From: Solirubrobacteraceae bacterium
GTDB taxonomy: Bacteria; Actinomycetota; Thermoleophilia; Solirubrobacterales; Solirubrobacteraceae
Direction of reading: 5' to 3'
Length of the DNA: 63,112 bases
NCBI GenBank assembly: GCA_035507305.1
Contig: DATJOE010000017.1
Coordinates: forward strand, 1 to 63,112
The translations under genes were made by a program, and so were the position numbers. Below are positions 8,961-17,700 of this stretch, piece after piece (the first letter of the stretch is position 1; each line of letters begins with the position of its first letter). Below the pieces are notes generated by a model. The model searched no databases, was not told where the DNA came from, and saw only the letters and a list, made by a program, of their open reading frames with translations.

Positions 8961-9748
8961 TGCCTGAGGGCGACACGATTCACCACGCGGCGCGGCGCAT
9001 CCGAGCCGTGCTGCTCGATCGGGTGCCCGAGCAGATCCAGACGCCCCATCCGCGACACGCGGCCGATCGCTGGCCCGAGCGCCTTGCGGGTCGCGCCGTG
9101 CGCTCAGTCGACGCGCACGGCAAGCACCTGTTCCTGCGCTTCGAGGACGAGCTCACGCTGCACTCGCACCTGCGCATGACCGGCGCTTGGGGCGTGCATC
9201 GCTCGGGCTCGCGCTGGAAGCGCGCGCCGCGCCGCGCCTGGCTCGTCTTGCGAGTGCCCGGCTGGGATGTCGTGCAGTTCGACGGTCCCGTGCTCGAGTT
9301 GATGCGCGAGAGCCGCACTCGCTTCGATCGCCGCCTCGCCGCGCTCGGCCCCGACGTGCTCGATGAGCGCTTCGACGCCGATGAGTTCCTCGCGCGCCTG
9401 CAGCGACTGCGCAACCATGACCCGACCCGCGAGATCGGTGAGGCACTGCTCGATCAGACGGTCCTCGCCGGGATCGGCAACGTCTGGAAGTCCGAGTCCT
9501 GCTTCGCCGCCGCCGTTAATCCCTGGCGCGAGCTGGGCCGTGTCGAAGACCAGGAGGCGCTTGCGATCGCAGACTTCGCCCACGAGCGGATGCGCCGCTC
9601 GGCCGAGGGCGACGGGTTTAGCGAGCGACCACGGGCCGTCTATCGGCGCGCCGGGTTGCCCTGCCCGCGCTGCGGCACGCCGATTCGTAGCCACGGGCAA
9701 GGCGTCGACAATCGCACGACCTACTGGTGTCCTGGCTGCCAGGTGTGA
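8960..9748 (+). CDS. nei: Fpg/Nei-family DNA glycosylase/AP lyase (endonuclease VIII-like)
   Basis: N-terminal (M)PEGDT, GKHL, HLRMTG, LLDQ..AGIGNV and the C-terminal zinc finger CPRC..YWCPGCQ. GTG 8960 overlaps the upstream TAG. Confidence 0.92.
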   Translation: MPEGDTIHHAARRIRAVLLDRVPEQIQTPHPRHAADRWPERLAGRAVRSVDAHGKHLFLRFEDELTLHSHLRMTGAWGVHRSGSRWKRAPRRAWLVLRVPGWDVVQFDGPVLELMRESRTRFDRRLAALGPDVLDERFDADEFLARLQRLRNHDPTREIGEALLDQTVLAGIGNVWKSESCFAAAVNPWRELGRVEDQEALAIADFAHERMRRSAEGDGFSERPRAVYRRAGLPCPRCGTPIRSHGQGVDNRTTYWCPGCQV

Positions 9749-9817
9749 GGGCGCCGGAGACCGCTCCCGCCCGGGCGCGTATCCCGCCCGCTGTCCCGGC
9801 CCGCGCCGCGCGGCTAC

Positions 9818-10249
9818 TTAGACGAGCCCAGCCAGCTCGCGTCCCGCCGAGCGCAGCGAGCGATGAGTCTTGGCTTCGAGGATCGTCTGCAGATCGAGGA
9901 TGCGCACGTCGAACGAGTTCAGCAGGTTTTCGCGAGTGACCGCATACGTGGGCACGCCCGCCTGGCGTGCGCGTGTGGCTAGCTCGAACGCCACGGTGCC
10001 CGCGAGCGTGTCCTCGTGCAGACGGGGCTCGGCGATCACGACCGCCCGCGCCGCGCGCATCCGCGCATCGAAGCCAGGCGTCTGCGCCAGCCCGCGAGCA
10101 GCGGCGAGCTCGTCTGAGTCTTCGATCGGCATCGGGTCCGCCTCCCAGCCGCCGTCGGTCAGGCCCGCGCCGATCGCCGCCGCGACGCGCTCGGCGCCGA
10201 GGCTTGCGCCGAACGGTCGCGTCGCGATGAGCAGGGTTCGCGAGATCAC
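9818..10249 (-). CDS. Short glycerate-kinase (GlxK)-like protein, internally deleted and degenerate
   Basis: The N-part (LLIATRPFGASLGAERVAAAIGAGL..PI) and C-part (FDARMRAARAVVIAEPRLHEDTLAG..ARQAGVPTYAV) resemble the two ends of GlxK. Start placed at GTG 10249. Confidence 0.6.
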   Translation of the reverse strand: MISRTLLIATRPFGASLGAERVAAAIGAGLTDGGWEADPMPIEDSDELAAARGLAQTPGFDARMRAARAVVIAEPRLHEDTLAGTVAFELATRARQAGVPTYAVTRENLLNSFDVRILDLQTILEAKTHRSLRSAGRELAGLV

Positions 10250-10269
10250 GATCCGGCATCCTTCCAGCA

Positions 10270-11304
10270 ATGGCCGCTAAGCAGTCTGAGCACGTCGTGA
10301 TCGATGTGGCCGGGCAAGAGGTGCGGGTCAGCAACCCGCAGAAGCCGTTCTTCCCCGAGCTGGGGCTGACGAAGCTCGATCTCGTGAACTACTACCTCGC
10401 TTGCGCCGAGGCGGTCGTGCGCGGATTGCGCGAGCGTCCCACCGTGATGAAGCGCTGGGTTGACGGCGTCGCGGGCAAGCCGTTCTTCCAGAAGCGCGTG
10501 CCTGACAGCGCACCTGACTGGCTCCAGACCACGATCGTGACGTTTCCCAGCGGGCGGCACGCGCGTGAGCTGGTTCCGAACGACGCGGCGCACCTCGTTT
10601 GGGGTGTGAACCTTGGCGTGATCGACTGGAATCCGTGGGCCGTGCGGCGCTCAGACCAGGACCATCCTGACGAGCTGCGCGTCGATCTTGACCCGCAGCC
10701 GGACGTGTCGTTTGACGAGGTTCGCCAGGTCGCGCTCTGCGTGCGCGATGTCCTTGACGAGCACGGCCTGCGTGGCTTCCCGAAGACCTCGGGCTCGCGT
10801 GGCATCCACATCTATGTGCGCTTGGAGCCCGTCCACGACTTCCTCGAAGTGCGCACCGCGGCGCTGGCGCTCGCGCGCGAGGTCGAGCGCCGTATGCCGG
10901 GACGCGCCACGAGCCGTTGGTGGAAGGAGGAACGCGAAGGCGTCTTCATCGACTACAACCAGAACGCTCGCGACCGCACGATCGCCTCTGCCTACTCGGT
11001 ACGCGCGGTGCCCGATGCGCGCGTGTCTTGCCCGATCTCGTGGGAGGAGGTCGCCGAGGTGGAGCCCGATCAGCTCACCGTGCTCACGGTACCCGCGCGT
11101 TTGGAAAAGCACGGCGATCCCGCGGCCGACATGGACGAACACGCCGTGCGCCTCGACCCACTGCTGGAGTTGGCGGCGCGCGATGAGCGCGAAGGGCTCG
11201 GCGACGCGCCCTGGCCGCCGCATTTCGCCAAGCAGAAAGGCGAGCCCAAGCGCGTGCAGCCGAGCCGCGCTCGAGGGGCGAAAGCGAAAGCCGAGGAGTC
11301 GTGA
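10270..11304 (+). CDS. Stand-alone LigD-type primase-polymerase (Prim-PolC-like)
   Basis: TKLDLVNYY, FFQKR, PDELRVDLDP, KTSGSRGIH, FIDYNQN and SAYSVR motifs. Confidence 0.92.
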   Translation: MAAKQSEHVVIDVAGQEVRVSNPQKPFFPELGLTKLDLVNYYLACAEAVVRGLRERPTVMKRWVDGVAGKPFFQKRVPDSAPDWLQTTIVTFPSGRHARELVPNDAAHLVWGVNLGVIDWNPWAVRRSDQDHPDELRVDLDPQPDVSFDEVRQVALCVRDVLDEHGLRGFPKTSGSRGIHIYVRLEPVHDFLEVRTAALALAREVERRMPGRATSRWWKEEREGVFIDYNQNARDRTIASAYSVRAVPDARVSCPISWEEVAEVEPDQLTVLTVPARLEKHGDPAADMDEHAVRLDPLLELAARDEREGLGDAPWPPHFAKQKGEPKRVQPSRARGAKAKAEES

Positions 11305-12296
11305 GCCTGCCGCTGCAGCCGCCGCTGAAGCCTGAGCTCGCGCTCTCGCGCAAGCAGTTGCCCGAGGGGGAGGACTACGTCTATGAGGTCAAGCTCGACG
11401 GGTTTCGCTGCCTGGCGTTCGTCGACGGCGAGGAGATCTACCTGCAATCGCGTAACGGCCGACCGCTCGGGCGCTACTTCCCCGAGCTGGCCTTGCCAGG
11501 CAAGCTGCCCGCGGGGCGCTACGTGCTCGACGGGGAGATCGTCGTGCGCGACAGCGAGGGTCGTGAGGACTTCGATGCGCTGGGACAGCGCATACACCCC
11601 GCGGCCTCGCGGATCGAGCGGCTCTCGGGCGAGACGCCCGCGGTGTACGTCGCATTCGACCTGCTCGCGCGCGAGGACGAGGCGCTGCTCGACTTGTCTT
11701 TCTCCGAACGTCGCGCCGCGTTGGAGCGCTTGCTCGCGGGCAAGCAGTTCGCGGGGACTCCCGTAGAGCTGATGAAGACCGTCGAGACGGCGGCGGAGGC
11801 CGAGCGCTGGCTGCAGGGCGCCGAGGGGGCGATCGCCAAGGAACGCGCCGCGCCCTACCTGCCTGGCGAGCGCAAGGGGATGTTCAAGGTCAAGCGCGTG
11901 CGCACGATCGACGCGGTGATCGTTGGCTGGCGCCCTGGCAAGGAGGAAGGCACCGTGGGGGCGCTGATCCTCGGGCTCTACGACCGGGAGCGTCCCGACG
12001 AGGATGGCGAGCCGACCCTGCGTGTCGTGGGGCACTGCTCGGGTCTCTCGGCCAAGGAGAAGAAGCGCCTGCCGGGCTTCCTCGCCGATTACGAGTCGGG
12101 CGAGAAGGGCTCGGGCGACCCGAGTCGATGGAGCGCCGGCAAGGACCTCGAGTGGGTCGGGCTACGGCCCGAGCTCGTGATCGAGATCGACTTCGACCAC
12201 GTCTCCGCAGGGCGCATCCGCCACGGCGCGAAGCTACGCCGTTGGCGGGAGGACAAGGACCCGCGCGACTGCACGTACGACCAGCTCGATTCCTGA
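11301..12296 (+). CDS. ligC: ATP-dependent DNA ligase, LigC type
   Basis: EVKLDGFR (motif I), SRNG..L.RYFPEL, LDGEIV, VAFDLL, EGAIAK, YLPGERKGMFKVK and RWREDK; GTGA overlap. Confidence 0.9.
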   Translation: MSLPLQPPLKPELALSRKQLPEGEDYVYEVKLDGFRCLAFVDGEEIYLQSRNGRPLGRYFPELALPGKLPAGRYVLDGEIVVRDSEGREDFDALGQRIHPAASRIERLSGETPAVYVAFDLLAREDEALLDLSFSERRAALERLLAGKQFAGTPVELMKTVETAAEAERWLQGAEGAIAKERAAPYLPGERKGMFKVKRVRTIDAVIVGWRPGKEEGTVGALILGLYDRERPDEDGEPTLRVVGHCSGLSAKEKKRLPGFLADYESGEKGSGDPSRWSAGKDLEWVGLRPELVIEIDFDHVSAGRIRHGAKLRRWREDKDPRDCTYDQLDS

Positions 12297-12347
12297 CGCT
12301 CTTGCCGGACCCGCCTGCCGCGCGCGGGCGTGGTCTAGGATCAACGC

Positions 12348-13061
12348 ATGAGCAGCGAGACCGCGACCGTCGCCGAGGAGGAGTACCTGCAGATTCTTTT
12401 TTGGCTGCACGAGGCGGGTCTGCCGATGACGGGCGCGAACGTCGCCCGGGCGATGCAGCTCTCGCCGCCGACCGTGCACGAGATGGTCGGTCGCCTGGAG
12501 CGCGACGGCTACATCACGCGCGACAAGGACCGGACGATCGCTTTCACCTCATCGGGGAAGGAGGAGGCCGAGCAGATCGTGCGCCGTCACCGCCTGATTG
12601 AGCGCTTTCTGACCGACGTGCTCGGCGTGCCCTGGGACGAGGTGCATGAGGAGGCCGAGCGCCTGGAGCACGCGATGTCCCCGTCGCTCGAAGAGCGCAT
12701 GCTCGCGGCGATCGGTGACGCGAAGACCTGCCCGCACGGGCACCCGATCGTCGTGGGCGCGCGCCTCTCAGGCGTGCCGCTCGCCGATGTTGAGGTCGGC
12801 GCCAAGGTGCGTGTCCTGCGCTTCGAGAACGAGGCCGAGGACCTGTTGCACTACCTGAAGGAGTCGGGCCTTGAGCCGGGCCTCGAGGGCACACTTGCCG
12901 AGCACGATGACGAACAGGTCGTCGTGCAGGCCGCGGACGGGAGTCGCTGTTCGGTGACGCCGAGCGTCGCGGAGACCGTGTCGGTTATCGCGGACCCCTC
13001 GCCGCCCGAGCGCACCGCGCTGCCCGAGCAGCTCGTGCTCGGCTCGCGCTACGGCAGGTAG
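12348..13061 (+). CDS. DtxR/MntR-family metal-dependent repressor with C-terminal FeoA/SH3 domain
   Basis: EEYL, SPPTVHEM, RRHRLIERFL, VHEEAERLEH and CPHGHPI motifs. Confidence 0.92.
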   Translation: MSSETATVAEEEYLQILFWLHEAGLPMTGANVARAMQLSPPTVHEMVGRLERDGYITRDKDRTIAFTSSGKEEAEQIVRRHRLIERFLTDVLGVPWDEVHEEAERLEHAMSPSLEERMLAAIGDAKTCPHGHPIVVGARLSGVPLADVEVGAKVRVLRFENEAEDLLHYLKESGLEPGLEGTLAEHDDEQVVVQAADGSRCSVTPSVAETVSVIADPSPPERTALPEQLVLGSRYGR

Positions 13062-13071
13062 TAAATCGGCC

Positions 13072-14691
13072 TCACAGAGACCGGTAAGCCGCCGCCAACC
13101 GCTCGACGCCTTCTTCGATCTGCCGCTCGGTGACCCCCGAGTAAGCGAGGCGCAGCGTGTTCTCGCCGCCCTCCAGCAGGAAGTCGGTTCCCTTGACGAA
13201 CGCGACGCCGAGGTCGGAAGCTTTGTCGAACAGCTGCGCGACATCAGTCCCAGCGGGCAGGGTTACCCACATGAAGTAGCCACCCTCGGGCTGGACGAAC
13301 TCGGCCTCGGGCAGCTCGCGGCGCAGCGCTTCGGCGAGCGTGAGCGCGCGCTTGGCCAGCGCGGTGCGCACGGTCTCGATCGAGCGCTCGATCGCGCCCG
13401 AGGCGCAGAACTCGTACACGATCGACTGGGCGACCATGTTTGGCGAGATGTAGGTGTTTGTCGCGAGCTTCGCGATCCGCCCGATCAGATCGGTGGGCCC
13501 GACGAGGTAGCCGACGCGGATACCGGGACAGACGGTCTTGGAGAAAGAGGACGCGTAGACGACACGCTCGGGGTCCATCGAGAGCATCGTCGGCAGCGAT
13601 TCGCCGCTGAAGCGCAGCGCGACGTAGGGGTCGTCCTCGAAGACGAGGAAGTCGTGCTGGGCCGCGAGCGCCAGCAGCGCCTGACGCTTGGCAAGCGCCA
13701 GAGTGACCCCGGCGGGGTTCTGGAAGTTGGGAATGATGTGCGCGAGGCGCGGGCGGGCTTGACCGGAGGCCAGCAGCCGCGCGAGGCCGTCGGTATCAAG
13801 CCCGTCGGCCTGCAGGTCGACCGTGTGCAGCGTCGCGCCTCGCTCGCGCAGCGAGAGCAGCGTGCGGTCGTATGTGGGGCGCTCGACGACCACGTCGTCG
13901 CCGGGGCGCACAAGGGCCTCGAACAGGAACGCGTCCGCTTGCATCGAGCCGTTCGTGACGAGCACTCGCTCGGGCTCGACGCCGTGGCGGTCGGCGATCC
14001 AGGCGCGCAAGCGTGGGTAGCCGATCGAGGTGCCGTAGGCCGTGGTTCCGCCGGGATCGCTCTCAAACGCGCGCATCGCCGCATCGCGCAGCCCCTCGAC
14101 GTCGACTATGTCGAGCGACGGGGCGCCGCGGGCGAAGGAGATCGCTGGTCCGGTTTGGCTGGGCACGGCCGCGTAGGTTATGCGTCCGAGCAACTCGTCG
14201 TAGTCATGGGTCAACTCGCGCGCCGTGCGCTCCAGGCGATCGCGGAAGCGCAGCAGCTCTGCCGCGCTCGGCGAGCGGTCCCCCGGTGGGGGCGGACGGC
14301 GGCCTCGCGGTGCGGGCGGGGACGGGAAAGCTGGAGGCGTCGACGGTGTTAGCTGCTGGGGCGTCGGGGTCGGGGACGAAGGCGCGCTCGACACGGGCGC
14401 CGGCACACTCGGCGTCGGCGAGGGCATGCCTGGCGCGTCGGTTGAGGCAGCACGCGGTGGGAACGGCGAGCGGGGCGTGCCTTCGATCGCCTCGTCCACC
14501 AAGCGGCTTGGCCCCGGGGCTGGGCCAGGCCGAGCCTGCGATATCGAGGGCGAGGGGCCCGGGGGGGCGGGTGCGACGCGCGGGCCGGCGTCTCCGTCTC
14601 CGGTGCCCTGGTCGATTCCCCTGAGTACCTGCTCCAGCTCGCGCAGCTTGCGCTCCAGCTCGCTCAGCGTGTTTGCGATCTCCTGGTCCAC
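13072..14691 (-). CDS. MocR/LysN-like class I PLP aminotransferase with an in-frame N-terminal coiled-coil / Pro-rich extension (catalytic part 13072-14166)
   Basis: ISFARGAP, VTNGSMQA, IPNFQNPAG, EDDPY, SSFSKTVCPGIRVG, PEGGYF and LRLAYS. Upstream in-frame GTG 14691 begins VDQEIANTLSELERKLRELE. Confidence 0.8.
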   Translation of the reverse strand: MDQEIANTLSELERKLRELEQVLRGIDQGTGDGDAGPRVAPAPPGPSPSISQARPGPAPGPSRLVDEAIEGTPRSPFPPRAASTDAPGMPSPTPSVPAPVSSAPSSPTPTPQQLTPSTPPAFPSPPAPRGRRPPPPGDRSPSAAELLRFRDRLERTARELTHDYDELLGRITYAAVPSQTGPAISFARGAPSLDIVDVEGLRDAAMRAFESDPGGTTAYGTSIGYPRLRAWIADRHGVEPERVLVTNGSMQADAFLFEALVRPGDDVVVERPTYDRTLLSLRERGATLHTVDLQADGLDTDGLARLLASGQARPRLAHIIPNFQNPAGVTLALAKRQALLALAAQHDFLVFEDDPYVALRFSGESLPTMLSMDPERVVYASSFSKTVCPGIRVGYLVGPTDLIGRIAKLATNTYISPNMVAQSIVYEFCASGAIERSIETVRTALAKRALTLAEALRRELPEAEFVQPEGGYFMWVTLPAGTDVAQLFDKASDLGVAFVKGTDFLLEGGENTLRLAYSGVTERQIEEGVERLAAAYRSL

Positions 14692-14779
14692 GAGGGCCAA
14701 GCGTAGCGGCGCGGGGATGAGGTCGCTCGGGCGGCTGGACGAGACGGGCCGCGTAGTCGCGACGACCGTGTGTGCCGAG

Positions 14780-14836
14780 GCGCTTGCCCGGCTCAGGGGC
14801 GCTGCCCGCGGCTCAGGGGCGCTTGCCCGGCTCAGG
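14780..14836. repeat. Three ~19-20 bp tandem repeats (GCGCTTGCCCGGCTCAGGG) overlapping the sucD stop
   Basis: Units visible at about 14780, 14799 and 14819. Confidence 0.8.
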
Positions 14837-15725
14837 CGCCGACCGAGGCGCCGCCAAGCACCTCGACGGCGATCGCAGCGGCTTCGGTGGGGGTGCGACC
14901 CACGCGCACGCCCTTGGCTTCGAGTGCCTGTGCCTTCGCGGCGGCGGTGCCAGACGAGCCGGAGACGATCGCGCCCGCGTGGCCCATCTGCTTGCCGGGG
15001 GGCGCGGTGAAGCCGGCGATGTAGGCAACGACGGGCTTGGAGATGTGCTCGGCGATGTGCTCGGCGGCCTCTTCCTCGGCCGAGCCGCCGATCTCGCCGG
15101 AGAGCACGATCAGCTCGGTCTCCTCGTCGGCCTCGAACAGCTCGAGGATGTCGACGAACGAGGAACCCGGCACCGGATCGCCACCGATGCCCACGATCGA
15201 GCTGCAACCGAATCCCGCGCGAGCGATCTCGTTGCCAATCTGGTAGGTCAGCGTGCCGGAGCGCGAGACCACGCCGATGTTGCCGCGCTCGAAGAACGAG
15301 GCCGGGATGATCCCGACGTTGGCCTTGCCGGGGGAGAGGATGCCCGGGCAGTTGGGGCCGACCAGGCGGGCGTTGGGGTGGTCGCGCTTGAGCGTGTTGT
15401 ACGCGCGCAGCTCGTCGTGCGCGGGGATGCCCTCGGTGATCGCGACGATCAGCTCGACGCCCGCGGCGGCTGCCTCGAGGATCGCGTCGGCCGCGAAGCG
15501 CGGTGGCACGAAGATCATCGCGGTGTTCGGCTGTACCTCAGCGGCCGCCTCGGCCCAGCTGTTGAACACGGGAATGCCCTCGACGTCCTGACCGCCCTTG
15601 CCAGGCGTGACTCCGCCGACGACGTTCGTGCCGTAGTTGCGGTTGTTAAGGGTGTGGAAGCTGCCCTCGCGGCCGGTGATGCCCGCCACGCAGAGGCGCG
15701 TCGTCTCGTCAACGAGAACCGACAT
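14832..15725 (-). CDS. sucD: Succinyl-CoA synthetase alpha subunit
   Basis: GITGREG, GGVTPGKGG, GPNCPG, SRSGTLTY and MGHAGAI (phospho-His). Confidence 0.97.
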   Translation of the reverse strand: MSVLVDETTRLCVAGITGREGSFHTLNNRNYGTNVVGGVTPGKGGQDVEGIPVFNSWAEAAAEVQPNTAMIFVPPRFAADAILEAAAAGVELIVAITEGIPAHDELRAYNTLKRDHPNARLVGPNCPGILSPGKANVGIIPASFFERGNIGVVSRSGTLTYQIGNEIARAGFGCSSIVGIGGDPVPGSSFVDILELFEADEETELIVLSGEIGGSAEEEAAEHIAEHISKPVVAYIAGFTAPPGKQMGHAGAIVSGSSGTAAAKAQALEAKGVRVGRTPTEAAAIAVEVLGGASVGA

Positions 15726-16894
15726 CAGGCGGCCGCCTCCGCGGGAACATCCTTGCCGGCCGCGAGCGCGACGACCTTCTCAGCAGCCTCGTTCATCGTC
15801 GCGGCGGCGTACACGTTCGGCAGGTTTGCCTCCTGAAGGATGCGCCGGCCCTCGACGTCGTTGGTGCCGTCGAGACGCACGACGAACGGCACGGTCGGTT
15901 TGATCTCAGCGAACGCAGCGACAAGGCCTTCGGCGACGAGGTCGCAGCGGGTGATCCCCGCGAAGATGTTCACGAGCACGGCTTTGACCTTCTCGTTCGC
16001 GAGGATCAGATCAACGGCCTGCTTGATCGTTTCGGCGTTCGAGCCGCCGCCCGCGTCGAGGAAATTCGCGGGCGAGCCACCCGCTTGTGAGACGACGTCG
16101 AGCGTGGACATCACGAGCCCGGCGCCGTTGCCGAGGATGCCAATGTCGCCGTCGAGCTTGACGAACTGCACACCCTCTTCCTTGGCGCGTCGTTCGAGCG
16201 GGTCTTCGTTCTCTTTGTCGGAGAGACCCTGGTTCTCCTCGTGGCGGTAGAGCGCGTTGCCGTCGAGCGAGACCTTCGAGTCGAGCGCCTTGACTTCGCG
16301 CTCGGGCGTCACGATCAGCGGGTTGATCTCCGCGAGCGTTGCGTCCTCTTGCAGCCAGACCTCGTACAGCGCAACGAGCGCGTCGGCCACGCCGTCGATC
16401 ACGTCATCATCCGCGCCCCCTTCGCGCGCGATCTGCGCGGCTTCCTCGGACGAGAGCCCCGCGAGCGCGTCGACGTGGTGGCGGATCAGCTTCTCGGGCG
16501 TCTTCTCGGCGACCTCTTCAATGTCGACGCCGCCCTCGGTGCTGAACATCACGAGCGGCTGCTTGGCCGAGCGGTCGAGCAGGACCGAGGCGTAGTACTC
16601 GGACGCGATGTCCGAGGCATGCTCGATCCACAGCGTCCGGACGATGTGTCCCTTGATGTCCATCCCAAGGATGTTGCCGGCGTGCTCGCGCGCCTCGGCC
16701 TCGTTGTTCGCGAGCTTCACGCCGCCGGCCTTGCCGCGACCGCCGATCAGCACCTGAGCCTTGACGACGATCGGGTAGCCGACCTCGTCGGCGGCGAGAA
16801 GCGCGTCGTCGACCGTGGTGACCGCCTTGCCCTGAGAAACCTTCAACCCGTGCCGGGCGAACAGCTGCTTGCCTTGGTACTCCAACAGATCCAT
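15725..16894 (-). CDS. sucC: Succinyl-CoA synthetase beta subunit
   Basis: MDLLEYQGK, KAQVLIGGRGKAGGVK, EINPL, NGAGLVMSTLD and PANFLD; start at ATG 16894. Confidence 0.97.
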   Translation of the reverse strand: MDLLEYQGKQLFARHGLKVSQGKAVTTVDDALLAADEVGYPIVVKAQVLIGGRGKAGGVKLANNEAEAREHAGNILGMDIKGHIVRTLWIEHASDIASEYYASVLLDRSAKQPLVMFSTEGGVDIEEVAEKTPEKLIRHHVDALAGLSSEEAAQIAREGGADDDVIDGVADALVALYEVWLQEDATLAEINPLIVTPEREVKALDSKVSLDGNALYRHEENQGLSDKENEDPLERRAKEEGVQFVKLDGDIGILGNGAGLVMSTLDVVSQAGGSPANFLDAGGGSNAETIKQAVDLILANEKVKAVLVNIFAGITRCDLVAEGLVAAFAEIKPTVPFVVRLDGTNDVEGRRILQEANLPNVYAAATMNEAAEKVVALAAGKDVPAEAAA

Positions 16895-17010
16895 GCCGGC
16901 GCGGGACTCTAACGCAAACCGGAAGCTGGTCCGGGTTTGGCGGCTCGCCTGGGCCCATTGGTCGAGGCTGACCGCGCTCACCCGCCTTTGCAGGGCATAA
17001 TGCCCGCCCA

Positions 17011-17691
17011 ATGCCAATACCGAAGAACGTCACCTTTGTCACATTTGATGTGTACGGCAGCTTGATCGACTGGGAGACCGGCGTCTACGAAGCATTCGCG
17101 AAAGAGGCCGCACGCGATGAATTCGAGATCGACCGCACCCAGCTGATCTCGCTGTTCCATGAGATCTCGCAGGAAATCGAGGGCGGCTCGTACGAGCTGT
17201 ACGCCGAGGTGCTGAGGCGCACCGCGATCGAGATCGCCAAACGCCTGGAGTGGCCACTGGAGCCCTCCCGCTCGGGCTTCTTGCCCGACTCCGTGCAGCG
17301 CTGGGCACCGTTTAAGGAGACCAACACCCAGCTGCAGAAGCTCGCGAAAAAATACAAGTTGGGCTTGCTGTCAAACATCGATGACAAGCTGCTCGGCCAG
17401 ACACGCCGGCACATCCCGATCGACTTCGACCTCGTGGTCACCGCGCAGCAGGTCCGCTCCTATAAGCCGGAGCCCGCACACTTCACCGAGTGCGCCCGGC
17501 GGATCGGCGGCAAGCGCGGTTGGGTCCATGTGTCCTCGAGCTACTACCACGACGTCGCCCCCTGCATCAAAGCGCGCGTTCCCGTGATCTGGGTGAACCG
17601 CAACAAGGAGACGCTCGAGTCCTCGCAGAAGAAGCCGACGCTCGAAGTCGCCAGCCTGAAAGAGGCTGCGAAAAAGCTCGGCGTCTCTTAG
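17011..17691 (+). CDS. HAD-family hydrolase, haloacid dehalogenase type II-like
   Basis: FDVYGSLIDW, LLSNID, SYKP and HVSSSYYHD motifs. Confidence 0.85.
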   Translation: MPIPKNVTFVTFDVYGSLIDWETGVYEAFAKEAARDEFEIDRTQLISLFHEISQEIEGGSYELYAEVLRRTAIEIAKRLEWPLEPSRSGFLPDSVQRWAPFKETNTQLQKLAKKYKLGLLSNIDDKLLGQTRRHIPIDFDLVVTAQQVRSYKPEPAHFTECARRIGGKRGWVHVSSSYYHDVAPCIKARVPVIWVNRNKETLESSQKKPTLEVASLKEAAKKLGVS

Positions 17692-17700
17692 GAGTCGCGC

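Noticed and set aside
10270-12296. Ku-dependent NHEJ system
   Set aside because: No ku gene or phosphoesterase domain in the window; the sequences and gene pairing fit Prim-PolC/LigC.
14692-15207. 711-aa version of the aminotransferase ORF
   Set aside because: The extra N-terminus overlaps sucD in another frame and crosses the tandem repeat; it is not protein-like.
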